A stretch of DNA of 64,000 bases from Flavobacteriaceae bacterium (GCA_024644745.1 JAHEHF010000005.1:8796-72795); one strand, 5' to 3'; positions 18,256 to 28,484 are shown, counted from the stretch's first letter. The notes: generated by a model not told the origin, from the sequence alone. Program-made: numbers and translations.

Positions 18256-18853
18256 TACAATTTTTAAGAATGACACTTCAATTATTTTAACCGATGATTT
18301 GAAGAAGTTTTCTGAAAAGAAGCCCATTTTATGGAAAGAATTGAATAAGAGGACTTTTGTAGAAGACATCACGACTGCAATTGAGAATAAAATTGTTTTT
18401 TATCACCCTGACCTTGATACCATGTGGAATGAATTCAAAGCTGCGTTCAAGGTGATCGAAGCCGCCGGAGGAATCGTCCAAAACGAATTGAAACAAATAC
18501 TGTTCATATACAGGCATGACAAATGGGATTTGCCCAAAGGAAAAATCGAAAAGGGAGAAACCTTACAAAATGCTGCAATGAGGGAGGTAAAAGAGGAGTG
18601 TGGATTCAGAAATCTCGATCTCAATAGGCAGGTGTCAACTACCTTTCATATTTATGAGGAAAAAGGGAAGCAGGTATTAAAAATTTCATATTGGTTCCTT
18701 ATGTTTTCAAGGGATCAGGATCTGACACCTCAGATAGAGGAGGGAATTACTCAGGTTCAATGGATGGATCAAGCCAATATGGCAAAGATTTTTAAAAATA
18801 CTTATCCGAATATTGAATTATTGCTCAGTGAATATGCAGCAGACGGGCAATAA
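18251..18853 (+). CDS. NUDIX hydrolase
   Basis: Nudix box GKIEKGETLQNAAMREVKEECG. Start chosen at MYTIFKNDTSIILTD (ATG 18251). The ORF-track start at 18230 is TTG and lies within the promoter box. Confidence 0.8.
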   Translation: MYTIFKNDTSIILTDDLKKFSEKKPILWKELNKRTFVEDITTAIENKIVFYHPDLDTMWNEFKAAFKVIEAAGGIVQNELKQILFIYRHDKWDLPKGKIEKGETLQNAAMREVKEECGFRNLDLNRQVSTTFHIYEEKGKQVLKISYWFLMFSRDQDLTPQIEEGITQVQWMDQANMAKIFKNTYPNIELLLSEYAADGQ

Positions 18854-18889
18854 ATACTGTATTGTCTTATGTTAATCGCTGAAATATAA

Positions 18890-18897
18890 TATCTTTG
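18890..18897 (+). promoter_or_regulatory. -7 promoter box TAtcTTTG for the SulP transporter gene
   Basis: Exact TAnnTTTG match, 22 nt before the ATG at 18920. Confidence 0.45.
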
Positions 18898-18919
18898 CCG
18901 CTTTTTAAAAATTAGATCC

Positions 18920-20548
18920 ATGACAGAATTTATCACGAAAAGATTGCCAAATGTAAAAAATGATGTCCTCTCAGGGGTCACGGTGGCTTTGGCTTTGGTG
19001 CCGGAAGCGGTAGCTTTTGCTTTTGTTGCCGGTGTCGATCCTTTGGTAGGACTCTATGCCGCTTTTATGGTAGGGTTGATTACTTCTGTTTTTGGAGGCC
19101 GTCCCGGAATGATTTCAGGGGCTACAGGAGCACTGGCCGTTGTAATGGTCAGTCTCGTGGCAAAAGGGAATGAGATGGGTGCCCCTGGTGAAAACATGGG
19201 TCTGTATTATTTGTTTGCCACAGTCATCCTGATGGGGTTCATTCAGGTGACTGCAGGTCTATTGAAATTAGGAAAATTTGTGAGACTCATACCACACCCT
19301 GTCATGATGGGATTTGTCAATGGCCTTGCCATTGTTATTTTTCTTTCACAACTCGGAATGTTCAAAAAAAATATAGGTGGAGAAAAAGTTTGGCTTCAGG
19401 GCTACGAATTGTATCTCATGGCCGGCCTGGTAGGAGTGACCATGCTCATGATGTGGGTACTGCCCAAATTCAAGCTGACTAAAAGTCTGCCGGAAGCCCT
19501 CCTGGCTATATTGGCCGTATCTGCCCTTGTGATCCTGTTTGATTTTGACGTGGCAACGGTGGGTTCATTTATTCGTGACGGGGGTGGCGAGGGCCTCAAG
19601 GGAGGTTTGCCTACCCTACAATGGGAATTGTTCAGTAAAGTACCGTTTGATTGGGAAACCATAAAATTTATTTTTCCCTATGCAGTGATCCTCGCTGCGA
19701 TCGGATTGATAGAATCTTTAATGACCCTCAACCTGATAGACGAACTGACAGATACCAGAGGAAATGGGAACAGAGAGTGTGTGGCGCAGGGAAGTGCCAA
19801 CATCATTACAGGTTTGTTCGGAGGAATGGGAGGTTGTGCCATGATCGGGCAATCGATCATCAATATAAAATCCGGAGGGAGATCAAGACTTTCAGGTATC
19901 GTTGCAGCTGTGATGCTTTTGGCGTTTATTCTCTTTGGGTCCTCGTATATTGAAAGGGTTCCAATTGCAGCTCTGGTTGGAGTTATGTTCATGGTGGTCA
20001 TAGGAACCTTTGCATGGAGCAGCTTCAGGATCATAAACAAAGTGCCAAGATCCGACGTGTTTGTGATCATACTTGTTTCGGGGCTAACGGTCATTTTCGA
20101 TCTGGCTATCGCCGTATTTGCAGGTGTCATTGTAAGTGCACTGGTTTTTTCCTGGGAAAATGCAAAACGCATCAGGGCGAGAAAAAGAGTGAAGTCTGAC
20201 GGCACCAAAGTATACGAGATATGGGGACCGCTTTTCTTTGGTTCTATCAGTGCGTTTAATGAAAAATTTGACGTAAAGAATGATCCAGACAAAGTTGAAA
20301 TAGATTTTGTTGAATCAAGGATCAGCGATCATTCGGCATTAGAGGCCATCCTGAATCTGGTAAAAAAGTATGAGGCTGAGAACAAGGAGATCCATCTGAA
20401 GCACCTAAGTGTCGAATGCAAGGAACTATTGTATAAATCTGATCCCAAGTTCCATCAGGTCATTATTGATGCCATTGATGATCCGCGTTATCACCTGGCT
20501 GCAAATCCTGAAAAGTTTCCCAAAAGCCTTTCAGAATATCACCTGTAG
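18920..20548 (+). CDS. SulP family inorganic anion transporter with C-terminal STAS domain
   Basis: 542 aa, multi-TM. Sulfate-transporter N-terminus DVLSGVTVALALVPEAVAFA and a soluble STAS-like tail. Confidence 0.85.
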   Translation: MTEFITKRLPNVKNDVLSGVTVALALVPEAVAFAFVAGVDPLVGLYAAFMVGLITSVFGGRPGMISGATGALAVVMVSLVAKGNEMGAPGENMGLYYLFATVILMGFIQVTAGLLKLGKFVRLIPHPVMMGFVNGLAIVIFLSQLGMFKKNIGGEKVWLQGYELYLMAGLVGVTMLMMWVLPKFKLTKSLPEALLAILAVSALVILFDFDVATVGSFIRDGGGEGLKGGLPTLQWELFSKVPFDWETIKFIFPYAVILAAIGLIESLMTLNLIDELTDTRGNGNRECVAQGSANIITGLFGGMGGCAMIGQSIINIKSGGRSRLSGIVAAVMLLAFILFGSSYIERVPIAALVGVMFMVVIGTFAWSSFRIINKVPRSDVFVIILVSGLTVIFDLAIAVFAGVIVSALVFSWENAKRIRARKRVKSDGTKVYEIWGPLFFGSISAFNEKFDVKNDPDKVEIDFVESRISDHSALEAILNLVKKYEAENKEIHLKHLSVECKELLYKSDPKFHQVIIDAIDDPRYHLAANPEKFPKSLSEYHL

Positions 20549-20568
20549 TTTATTTTTAAATCAAGGGT

Positions 20569-21027
20569 TCATCCTCTTGCTACAATTTCAGGAACGAGCA
20601 TTGATACATCACCTTTGTTGATCAGGATGTCTCTTACTATACTGGAACTGATATATGAGGTATCTGCACTGGTAAGCAGAAAAACCGTTTCAATTTCAGA
20701 CATTTTCCTGTTTGTCTGTGCGATTGCCTTTTCAAATTCGAAATCAGCCGGATTTCTAAGGCCCCTAAGGATATACTGACTTCCTACTTTTTTGCAATAA
20801 TCTATGGTCAGCCCCTGGTACGTATCCACTACTATTTTTGGTTCGTTGGCATATGTTTTCTCGATAAATTTTCTTCTTTGACTGAGCGCAAACATATATT
20901 TCTTGGAGGAATTTGTGCCTATGGCAATAATAATCTCGTCAAAAAGAGGGATGGCCCTGTTGATGATGTCTGTGTGTCCAAGCGTGAGTGGATCAAAGGA
21001 TCCCGGAAAGACTGCTGTTTTCTTCAT
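20569..21027 (-). CDS. coaD: Pantetheine-phosphate adenylyltransferase
   Basis: 152 aa. Motifs FPGSFDPLTLGHTDII and ISSSIVR. Confidence 0.93.
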   Translation of the reverse strand: MKKTAVFPGSFDPLTLGHTDIINRAIPLFDEIIIAIGTNSSKKYMFALSQRRKFIEKTYANEPKIVVDTYQGLTIDYCKKVGSQYILRGLRNPADFEFEKAIAQTNRKMSEIETVFLLTSADTSYISSSIVRDILINKGDVSMLVPEIVARG

Positions 21028-21050
21028 AATTCAATTCTTAGTTGAGGCAT

Positions 21051-22019
21051 TTAGTTCAGGTCAATGCAACTTTCAAAAAGTTCGGTAAGCGAAATTCCGG
21101 CTTCCCTGGCCTGTTTTGGAATAATACTTTCCGAGGAAAGGCCCGGAACCATATTGAGCTCTATAAAATATGGTTCGTCACCAATGAAAATAAAATCGGC
21201 TCTAGAGAGGCCTTTAAGCCGCATGCTGCTGTAAATTTTTTTCGCCACTTCTGAAACCTTGCGTTTTTGTGTTTCGGAGATCCTGGCCGGCGTAATTTCT
21301 TTCGACTTTCCTAAATATTTGGCATCATAATCAAAAAAATCATTTTCAGAAACAATTTCGGTAATGGGCAGAACCCTAATATCTCCCTGGTAGGCCAGAA
21401 CACCTACAGATACCTCGATGCCGTCTAAAAATGCTTCAATAAGAATTTCATCATCTTCAAGAAAGGCCTTGTTCAGGGCCGGGGTCAATTCTTCTTCCCT
21501 GTAGACCTTACTGATGCCAAAACTGGATCCGGCCCGATTGGGTTTGACAAAACAGGGCAGACCTACTTTTTCAATGACGCTGACAAAATCAATTTCATCA
21601 CCTTTGTTCAGATAAACTGAACTGGCTGTATTCACTCCGTAAGGTTTTAACAGACTCAGGCAATCCCTTTTGTTAAAGGCCACTGCCATCTGGTAAAAGG
21701 AAGCAGAAGAGTGCTTGAGTCCCAGCAGGTCAAAATAAGCAAGAATGGTCCCGTCTTCACCCGGATGGCCATGGATCGCATTGAAAATAAAATCAAACCT
21801 GACCTTGTAGCCATTTACAGTGGTGGAAAAATCCTCCATGTTGATGGGGTGTTCCCGGTCCTCTTCATCAACATAGACCCATTTTTTTCTCAGGATATGA
21901 ATTCGAAATGCATTGTATTTTTCTTTGTCAAGATGTTTAAAAACGATATTTCCGCTTTGTAGTGAAATCTCAGCTTCAGAGGAATACCCTCCCATTATAA
22001 TGGCAATATTTTTTTTCAT
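21051..22019 (-). CDS. ddl: D-alanine--D-alanine ligase
   Basis: ATP-grasp enzyme. N-terminus MKKNIAIIMGGYSSE and end FIELNMVPGLS. The ORF-track start at 22031 is TTG; the first ATG is at 22019. Confidence 0.92.
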   Translation of the reverse strand: MKKNIAIIMGGYSSEAEISLQSGNIVFKHLDKEKYNAFRIHILRKKWVYVDEEDREHPINMEDFSTTVNGYKVRFDFIFNAIHGHPGEDGTILAYFDLLGLKHSSASFYQMAVAFNKRDCLSLLKPYGVNTASSVYLNKGDEIDFVSVIEKVGLPCFVKPNRAGSSFGISKVYREEELTPALNKAFLEDDEILIEAFLDGIEVSVGVLAYQGDIRVLPITEIVSENDFFDYDAKYLGKSKEITPARISETQKRKVSEVAKKIYSSMRLKGLSRADFIFIGDEPYFIELNMVPGLSSESIIPKQAREAGISLTELFESCIDLN

Positions 22020-22054
22020 TAAGAATTTCAATTAGGCAAAATCAGTTGATCAAA

Positions 22055-22062
22055 CAAACTTA
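22055..22062 (-). promoter_or_regulatory. -7 promoter box TAagTTTG for ddl-coaD
   Basis: caaactta on the + strand is TAAGTTTG on the - strand, 35 nt before the ddl ATG. Confidence 0.4.
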
Positions 22063-22115
22063 CAAAAAAGACTTGAATGGCGGTTGAACTGTCGATGGGT
22101 TATTATTTTTTAAAG

Positions 22116-22123
22116 TATATTTG
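22116..22123 (+). promoter_or_regulatory. -7 promoter box TAtaTTTG for the PASTA-protein gene
   Basis: Exact TAnnTTTG match, 18 nt before the ATG at 22142. The ORF-track TTG start at 22121 lies inside the box. Confidence 0.45.
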
Positions 22124-22141
22124 AAAAATTATTTTTTTGAA

Positions 22142-22711
22142 ATGAGTTTAGTGCAATATTTGAAAAGCAAAGAATTTTTACGAACCATTATTCTGGTGGT
22201 TGCCATTTCATTGATTCTGGTATTCGGCTTGTTGAAATGGTTAGATTACCACACCAAGCATGACGAAAAAATTGAGGTGCCTGATCTGGAAATGCTGAGT
22301 CTTGAAGAAACTGAATTGAAATTAAAGGAATCCAATCTGCGGTTCGTCGTGATCGACTCGGCCAGCTTCAATCCAAAATTCCCACCAAAATCGGTGATAG
22401 AACAGAATCCTTTACCAGGTGATTTTGTAAAGGAGAACCGAAAAATATACCTCACTTTGAACCCGTCTGATTATCGCAAGGTCACAATACCCAATGTTCT
22501 GGATCAAACCAAACGGCAGGTAGTTATTCAACTCAAATCACTGGGTTTCAGGATAGGTAAAGAGCGTTATATCAAGGATCTTGGAAGGGATGTTGTGAGG
22601 GGTCTTGAGATCAAAGGAAAGAAAATTGAACCGGGAAACCGATTGCCGAAAAACACCGTCATTGATCTTGTTTTAGGCGATGGTTTGATCGAAACAGATT
22701 CTACGAATTAG
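22142..22711 (+). CDS. PASTA domain-containing membrane-anchored protein
   Basis: N-terminal TM segment followed by two PASTA-like repeats (VPDLEMLSLEE..., IPNVLDQTKRQ...). Confidence 0.7.
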   Translation: MSLVQYLKSKEFLRTIILVVAISLILVFGLLKWLDYHTKHDEKIEVPDLEMLSLEETELKLKESNLRFVVIDSASFNPKFPPKSVIEQNPLPGDFVKENRKIYLTLNPSDYRKVTIPNVLDQTKRQVVIQLKSLGFRIGKERYIKDLGRDVVRGLEIKGKKIEPGNRLPKNTVIDLVLGDGLIETDSTN

Positions 22712-22746
22712 AATGGTCCTGAATATTAATACCCCTTAAGGCAGCA

Positions 22747-23772
22747 ATGATTGAAAGTCCGGAAAGCAATAATAATAGTGATGATCTTTTTGAGCATTTT
22801 AAATTTGTAGCCAGTGACGGGCAGGAGCCCTTGCGGGTGGATAAGTTTTTAATGAATTTTATTGAAAACGCCACCAGAAACAAAATACAACTGGCCATTA
22901 AAGCCGGCAACGTGCTGGTGAATGAAAATGTGGTTAAATCGAATTACAAGGTGAAATCGAAAGACGTGGTTCGTGTGGTTCTGGCCCATCCTCCTCATGA
23001 GAATCTTCTTGTACCTGAAAATATTCCATTGGATATTGTTTATGAAGATGGCGAGGTGATTGTTGTCAATAAGCCGGCCGGAATGGTCGTACATCCAGGT
23101 CATGGAAATTACAGCGGCACACTGGTAAACGGACTGATTTACCATTTCAAGCATTTACCGAAGAACAGCAACGAAAGACCCGGCCTGGTGCACAGGATCG
23201 ACAAGGATACCAGCGGGCTTCTTGTCGTGGCGAAAACAGATTTTGCAATGGCAAACCTGGCGAGTCAGTTTTTTAACAGAACAACAGAAAGAGTTTATTG
23301 GGCTCTGGTCTGGGGAAGTCTGGATGAAGATGAAGGTACCATTACCGGAAATATCGGCAGGAGTTTGAAAAACAGATTGCAAATGGATGTGTTCCCTGAC
23401 GGATCGCACGGCAAACACGCAGTGACCCACTACAGGGTTCTGGAAAGGTTCAGTTATGTGACCCTGGTAGAATGTAAACTTGAAACGGGAAGAACGCATC
23501 AGATCAGGGCACATTTTAAGTATCTTGGGCACACCCTGTTTAACGATGAACGCTATGGTGGCCATGCCGTACTAAAGGGTACGACCTATACCAAGTATAA
23601 GCAATTTGTTGACAATTGTTTTAAAATTTTACCAAGACAGGCCTTGCATGCAAAAACACTTGGATTTGAGCACCCCACTTCCGGGGAAAAATTATTTTTT
23701 AATTCAGAGCTTCCAGAAGATTTTCAAACATGTCTGGAAAAATGGAGGAATTATACTGTGAATCAAAAATAG
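22747..23772 (+). CDS. rluD: RluA-family 23S rRNA pseudouridine synthase (RluD-like)
   Basis: S4 domain (RVDKFL) and catalytic motif HRIDKDTSGLLVVAK; also TGRTHQIRAH. Confidence 0.88.
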   Translation: MIESPESNNNSDDLFEHFKFVASDGQEPLRVDKFLMNFIENATRNKIQLAIKAGNVLVNENVVKSNYKVKSKDVVRVVLAHPPHENLLVPENIPLDIVYEDGEVIVVNKPAGMVVHPGHGNYSGTLVNGLIYHFKHLPKNSNERPGLVHRIDKDTSGLLVVAKTDFAMANLASQFFNRTTERVYWALVWGSLDEDEGTITGNIGRSLKNRLQMDVFPDGSHGKHAVTHYRVLERFSYVTLVECKLETGRTHQIRAHFKYLGHTLFNDERYGGHAVLKGTTYTKYKQFVDNCFKILPRQALHAKTLGFEHPTSGEKLFFNSELPEDFQTCLEKWRNYTVNQK

Positions 23773-23860
23773 ATTTCATTAATTTTGTAAAAGTGACTTG
23801 AACCATGAATGATTAAGGATGGGACAGGGTCCTGTCTCTAAATCTTAAAAACATAGAACG

Positions 23861-24619
23861 ATGAAAATAATAATATCTCCTGCCAAATCTCTTGATTTTG
23901 AAACAGAAGTGCCAGTGAAGGAAGCTACGCAGCCCGAGTTTTTGGCGCAGGCGGAAAGACTGAACAAGGTGCTGAGAAAAAAGTCAGTCAGATCACTCGG
24001 AAAATTGATGTCGATCTCACCGGGACTCGCTCAGTTGAATTTTGAAAGAAATCAGGACTGGCACCTGCCTTTTAATGAAGAGAACGCCAAACAGGCAGTG
24101 TATGCTTTTACGGGAGAGGTTTATCGCGGACTGGATGTCAAAACGATGCCTTTGAAAGATGTACCACAACTGCAGGATAAGTTGCGCATCTTGTCTGGTC
24201 AATATGGTATTTTGAAGCCACTTGACCTGATCCAGCCCTATCGTCTAGAAATGGGTACCTCATTAAAAATTGGCGTTAAACCTAATTTGTACAAGTATTG
24301 GGGCACTAAGATCACCGATTATTTAAACGATGAGCTGGAAGATGGCGAACTGTTCCTGAACCTTGCAAGTAAGGAGTATTTCAAGGTGATCCAGCCCAAA
24401 GCTCTAAAGGTTCCGGTGATTACTCCTGTTTTCAAAGACTTTAAAAATGGAGAATACAAGGTCATCATGACTTTTGCCAAATTGGCACGCGGACTCATGG
24501 TGCGTTATATTATTGATCATAAGGTCGAAACCCTTGAAGGTCTCAAAGGATTTGATTATAATGGCTATGGTTATGATGAAAACTTGTCAAGCGAGAAAGA
24601 ACTGGTCTTCACGCGTTAA
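23861..24619 (+). CDS. yaaA: Peroxide stress protein YaaA (UPF0246)
   Basis: 252 aa. N-terminus MKIIISPAKSLDF with family-typical GEVYRGLD and ILSGQYG. Confidence 0.85.
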   Translation: MKIIISPAKSLDFETEVPVKEATQPEFLAQAERLNKVLRKKSVRSLGKLMSISPGLAQLNFERNQDWHLPFNEENAKQAVYAFTGEVYRGLDVKTMPLKDVPQLQDKLRILSGQYGILKPLDLIQPYRLEMGTSLKIGVKPNLYKYWGTKITDYLNDELEDGELFLNLASKEYFKVIQPKALKVPVITPVFKDFKNGEYKVIMTFAKLARGLMVRYIIDHKVETLEGLKGFDYNGYGYDENLSSEKELVFTR

Positions 24620-24688
24620 TGTGCCGATCTTGAATCTTTACTGGGATTTACAATTCTTATGTCTATTCGTATCGAGTGAAACTTAGTA

Positions 24689-26221
24689 TCAATTTTTTAC
24701 ACTGATGCTTACAGGGCTGCTCAGGTTATTGTTCTTGCTCACAGCGATAACTGATATGCTTTGTGCTTCTTTCAGTTCTTTTTTCGAGATCATGATTTCC
24801 TTTTCACCGGTAAGGGCAATGATGTGTGAAGGGTCATTAAGGTTTTGAACCTCGCCTTCGTCAAATTGATAGACAAGATATTTTACAGCCTGTTTTTCCA
24901 CATTCTCAGGAAGGGCCTCCCAGTGCAGGCGGTAATTCTTTCCTTTTATTTTTTCCAATTTTGCATTTACCACAGGTTCGGGGGCATATTTTACATTCTT
25001 GTTGACAACGGGCTGTAAAGCAGGTTGCTTATAATACCTGTTCCCAAGAATCTGATCTATTTTAAATGGGTTTTGAACAAAGGATTTGGCACTGAAAAAA
25101 ACGCTGCCCTGAATCTTAGAGATACTTTTATTCAGATTCAGTTGTCTTTCAATTTCTGTCGGGGCAACTTTTGTCCAGGCTGCATCTTCCTTTTTCTTGC
25201 CCAGGCGGTGCATTCCATGCCCTATATAGAGGTTTGTACCAAAGGAATTGTCGGCCCACCAGGATACAATTTCTTTATAATCAGCCCTTTCATGGCCAAT
25301 ATGCCAATAGGCCTGGGGCAGGATATAATCGATCCACCCTTTTTTCATCCAGTAAAGGATATCGGCATAGAGATGGTCATAATTTGTTTGACCTGCATCA
25401 GTTGCGGAACCTCTCGGATCAGTCTTTTTGTTTCGCCAAACCCCGAAAGGGCTGATGCCGAACTGAACCCAGGGTTTGATGCTCTTGATGGTATGGAATA
25501 ATTCTTCTATGATCAGGTTCACATTGTTTCTTCTCCAGTCGTCCAGTTGCTCCGGGTAAAAAGGTCCACCATGCTCTTTAAATGCCATCTCGTCCGGAAA
25601 AACCTCGTCTTTGATCTTATAGGGATAGAAATAATCATCAAAATGTATGGCATCTATATTGTAATTCTGAACCACATCTGAAACAACTTTGTTGGTATAG
25701 GCCCTTACTTCAGGTAATCCGGGATTGAAATATTTATTTTTGCCGTAATTTAAAAACCACTCAGAACGCTCATAGGTGAGGGGAAAGGGGTTTGACCTGA
25801 ACTCCTTATAATTCACGACGGCTCGATAGGGGTTGAGCCAGGCATGAAACTCCATTCCTCTTTTATGGGTTTCTTCTATGATAAATGCCAGAGGGTCATA
25901 ATAAGGCAGTGGAGACATATTGCTCGTACCGGTAAGATAAGCGGACCATGGCTCATACTTTGAATTGTAAAAAGCATCTGCAGAGGGTCTGATCTGAAAA
26001 ATGATGGCATTAAAATTCAGGCTTTTGAAAAGATCTAAAAGATTGATAATTTCTTTTTTTTGTTGAACCGAACTCAGGTTTTGCTGGCTTGGCCAGTCTA
26101 TATTACCCACTGTAGCGATCCAAACTCCTCTGAATTCTCTTGGCAGGGACTCCTGGGAAAAGAAAAGGCCTGTATTCATGATAAGCACCAGGGTAAAAAT
26201 ATATGTTTTCAAATGGGTCAT
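24689..26221 (-). CDS. Glycosyl hydrolase-like family 10 (GHL10/DUF187) secreted protein
   Basis: Signal peptide, then EFRGVWIATVGNIDWPS and HFDDYFYP, typical of GHL10. C-terminal beta-sandwich-like tail. Confidence 0.7.
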   Translation of the reverse strand: MTHLKTYIFTLVLIMNTGLFFSQESLPREFRGVWIATVGNIDWPSQQNLSSVQQKKEIINLLDLFKSLNFNAIIFQIRPSADAFYNSKYEPWSAYLTGTSNMSPLPYYDPLAFIIEETHKRGMEFHAWLNPYRAVVNYKEFRSNPFPLTYERSEWFLNYGKNKYFNPGLPEVRAYTNKVVSDVVQNYNIDAIHFDDYFYPYKIKDEVFPDEMAFKEHGGPFYPEQLDDWRRNNVNLIIEELFHTIKSIKPWVQFGISPFGVWRNKKTDPRGSATDAGQTNYDHLYADILYWMKKGWIDYILPQAYWHIGHERADYKEIVSWWADNSFGTNLYIGHGMHRLGKKKEDAAWTKVAPTEIERQLNLNKSISKIQGSVFFSAKSFVQNPFKIDQILGNRYYKQPALQPVVNKNVKYAPEPVVNAKLEKIKGKNYRLHWEALPENVEKQAVKYLVYQFDEGEVQNLNDPSHIIALTGEKEIMISKKELKEAQSISVIAVSKNNNLSSPVSISVKN

Positions 26222-26238
26222 TGTAATGAATTGAATGT

Positions 26239-26246
26239 CAAAAATA
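26239..26246 (-). promoter_or_regulatory. -7 promoter box TAttTTTG for the GHL10 gene
   Basis: caaaaata on the + strand is TATTTTTG on the - strand, 17 nt before the ATG at 26221. Confidence 0.45.
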
Positions 26247-26332
26247 AGCCCTTCTTGATCAATTCACAAACAAAGCAAGTTTATTATTGACAGGTTGGCA
26301 TTGGTTCTGTTGTCTCGAATTTTACACGGAAT

Positions 26333-26372
26333 TATGTCAGTATGTCATTAAATAATGCCAAAAAGTGACATT
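26333..26372. promoter_or_regulatory. TATGTCA repeat cluster upstream of dnaK (candidate operator or alternative promoter)
   Basis: Direct repeat TATGTCAgTATGTCA (26333-26347) and an inverted partial copy TGACATT (26366-26372). These lie 90-130 nt before the dnaK ATG. No TAnnTTTG box occurs on the dnaK strand in this spacer. Confidence 0.25.
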
Positions 26373-26461
26373 ATTATATAAAAAAAGGCAATGGCATAAT
26401 GATTGACCTTACAGCATCAGTATTGAAAAACTAAAATCGATAAAAATTAAAATATAATATT

Positions 26462-28381
26462 ATGAGTAAGATAATTGGAATAGATTTGGGAACCACCAAT
26501 TCATGTGTTTCTGTAATGGAAGGAAATGAGCCGGTTGTAATTCCTAATGCTGAAGGAAAACGTACAACGCCTTCTATTGTTGCTTTTGTTGAAGGTGGAG
26601 AAAGAAAGGTTGGAGATCCTGCAAAACGTCAGGCAGTAACCAATCCTTTGAAAACGATCTATTCAATCAAAAGATTTATGGGTAACAAATTTTCTGAATC
26701 AAAAATGGAGGCAGAAAGAGTACCCTATAAAGTAGTGAAAGGTGACAATGATACACCTAGAGTTGACATAGACGGAAGATTGTATACGCCTCAGGAAATT
26801 TCTGCAATGGTATTGCAAAAAATGAAGAAAACCGCCGAAGATTATTTGGGTACTGAGGTGAAGGAGGCCGTAGTGACTGTTCCCGCATATTTTAATGATG
26901 CACAAAGACAGGCCACTAAGGAAGCCGGTGAGATCGCCGGATTAAAAGTAAGCAGGATCATTAATGAGCCAACAGCTGCCGCTTTGGCATATGGACTTGA
27001 CAAGTCAGGTCAGGATAAAAAAATTGCCGTATATGATTTGGGAGGAGGAACATTCGATATCTCAATTTTAGAAATTGGTGATGGCGTATTTGAGGTTTTA
27101 TCTACTAATGGAGATACTCATTTGGGAGGTGATGATTTTGACCAGGTGATCATTGACTGGTTGGCTGAAGAGTTCAACAAGGAAGAAAACATGGATTTGA
27201 GAAAAGATCCGATGGCCTTGCAAAGATTGAAGGAGGCTGCTGAAAAGGCCAAGATCGAGTTGTCATCCAGCACGCAAACAGAAATCAACCTGCCTTATGT
27301 GACGGCTACGGCTTCAGGACCTAAACACCTTGTTAAGACCTTGAGCAGAGCACAGTTCGAAAAATTGTCAGCCGATTTGGTAAAACGCTCAATGAGCCCT
27401 GTCAGCACAGCGCTAAAAGATGCAGATCTTAGCACCAGTGACATTGATGAGGTGATTTTGGTCGGTGGATCCACAAGGATTCCTAAGATACAGGATGAAG
27501 TTGAGAAATTCTTTGGAAAAAAACCTTCAAAAGGAGTGAATCCTGATGAGGTGGTAGCCATTGGTGCTGCAATTCAGGGAGGTGTACTTACAGGAGATGT
27601 GAAGGATGTGTTGCTGCTTGATGTTACTCCACTTTCTTTAGGTATTGAAACCATGGGTAACGTATTTACCAAACTGATAGAGGCAAATACTACGATCCCT
27701 ACCAAAAAATCACAGGTGTTTTCTACAGCAGCAGACAACCAGCCTTCTGTTGAGATTCACGTGCTTCAGGGAGAAAGAGCTATGGCGGCAGATAATAAGA
27801 CCATAGGTAGATTCCATCTGGATGGGATTCCACCAGCGCCAAGAGGTGTGCCTCAAATTGAGGTTACCTTTGATATAGATGCGAATGGTATTATCAATGT
27901 GTCTGCGAAAGATAAAGGAACAGGTAAAGAACACAACATCAGGATAGAAGCTTCATCAGGTTTGTCTGAGGAAGAAATTCAAAAAATGAAAGCCGATGCA
28001 GAAGCCAATGCTGATGCAGATAAAAAGGCCAAAGAGACTGCTGAAAAGATCAATGGAGCTGATGCCATGATTTTTCAAACTGAAAGTCAGTTGAAAGAAT
28101 TTGGAGACAAATTGTCTGCAGATAAAAAAGCGCCGATCGAATCTTCTCTTGAAGAGTTGAAAAAGGCACATGAGTCTAAAGACCTTGCATTGATAGATGC
28201 GGCAATGGAGAAGATCAATGAGGCCTGGAAAGCGGCTTCTGAAGAAATTTACAAAGCACAGCAGGAATCACAGGCAGCCGGAGGCGCCGAAGCAGGTACT
28301 GATGCAGGAGCGTCGGCTGAGGGTGAAGGTTCTCAGGATGATGTTCAGGATGTTGATTTTGAAGAAGTGAAGGAAGATTAA
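26462..28381 (+). CDS. dnaK: Molecular chaperone DnaK
   Basis: 639 aa. Hsp70 signatures [16 protein letters not shown] and [11 protein letters not shown]. Confidence 0.98.
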   Translation: MSKIIGIDLGTTNSCVSVMEGNEPVVIPNAEGKRTTPSIVAFVEGGERKVGDPAKRQAVTNPLKTIYSIKRFMGNKFSESKMEAERVPYKVVKGDNDTPRVDIDGRLYTPQEISAMVLQKMKKTAEDYLGTEVKEAVVTVPAYFNDAQRQATKEAGEIAGLKVSRIINEPTAAALAYGLDKSGQDKKIAVYDLGGGTFDISILEIGDGVFEVLSTNGDTHLGGDDFDQVIIDWLAEEFNKEENMDLRKDPMALQRLKEAAEKAKIELSSSTQTEINLPYVTATASGPKHLVKTLSRAQFEKLSADLVKRSMSPVSTALKDADLSTSDIDEVILVGGSTRIPKIQDEVEKFFGKKPSKGVNPDEVVAIGAAIQGGVLTGDVKDVLLLDVTPLSLGIETMGNVFTKLIEANTTIPTKKSQVFSTAADNQPSVEIHVLQGERAMAADNKTIGRFHLDGIPPAPRGVPQIEVTFDIDANGIINVSAKDKGTGKEHNIRIEASSGLSEEEIQKMKADAEANADADKKAKETAEKINGADAMIFQTESQLKEFGDKLSADKKAPIESSLEELKKAHESKDLALIDAAMEKINEAWKAASEEIYKAQQESQAAGGAEAGTDAGASAEGEGSQDDVQDVDFEEVKED

Positions 28382-28402
28382 CGCTTCAGACATTCAATAA
28401 GA

Positions 28403-28435
28403 CAACCGCTATTCCTATGGGATAGCGGTTTTTTC
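28403..28435 (+). terminator. Rho-independent terminator of dnaK
   Basis: accgctat (28404-28411) / atagcggt (28422-28429), followed by TTTTT. Confidence 0.75.
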
Positions 28436-28440
28436 ATATA

Positions 28441-28484
28441 AACAAGAAAAGCCTGTAAATTATGATTTACAGGCTTTTCTTGTT
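28441..28484. terminator. Perfect 20-bp palindromic hairpin between convergent genes
   Basis: aacaagaaaagcctgtaaat (28441-28460), loop tatg, atttacaggcttttcttgtt (28465-28484). T-rich sequence follows on both strands. Confidence 0.55.

Noticed and set aside
18244-18372. 43-aa N-terminal extension of the pyrE ORF, making the ORF-track form 257 aa.
   Set aside because: The extension has no PyrE-like sequence and would overlap the NUDIX gene. The conserved N-terminus MIFDKNTAKKTAELLL begins at the ATG at 18243.
19678-20292. 204-aa ORF on the - strand inside the SulP transporter gene.
   Set aside because: Shadow ORF of a well-supported multi-TM gene, with no motif, promoter box or independent start context.
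26222-26461. CIRCE/HrcA operator upstream of dnaK.
   Set aside because: No sequence resembles TTAGCACTC-N9-GAGTGCTAA on either strand. The different repeat that is present is reported as a finding.
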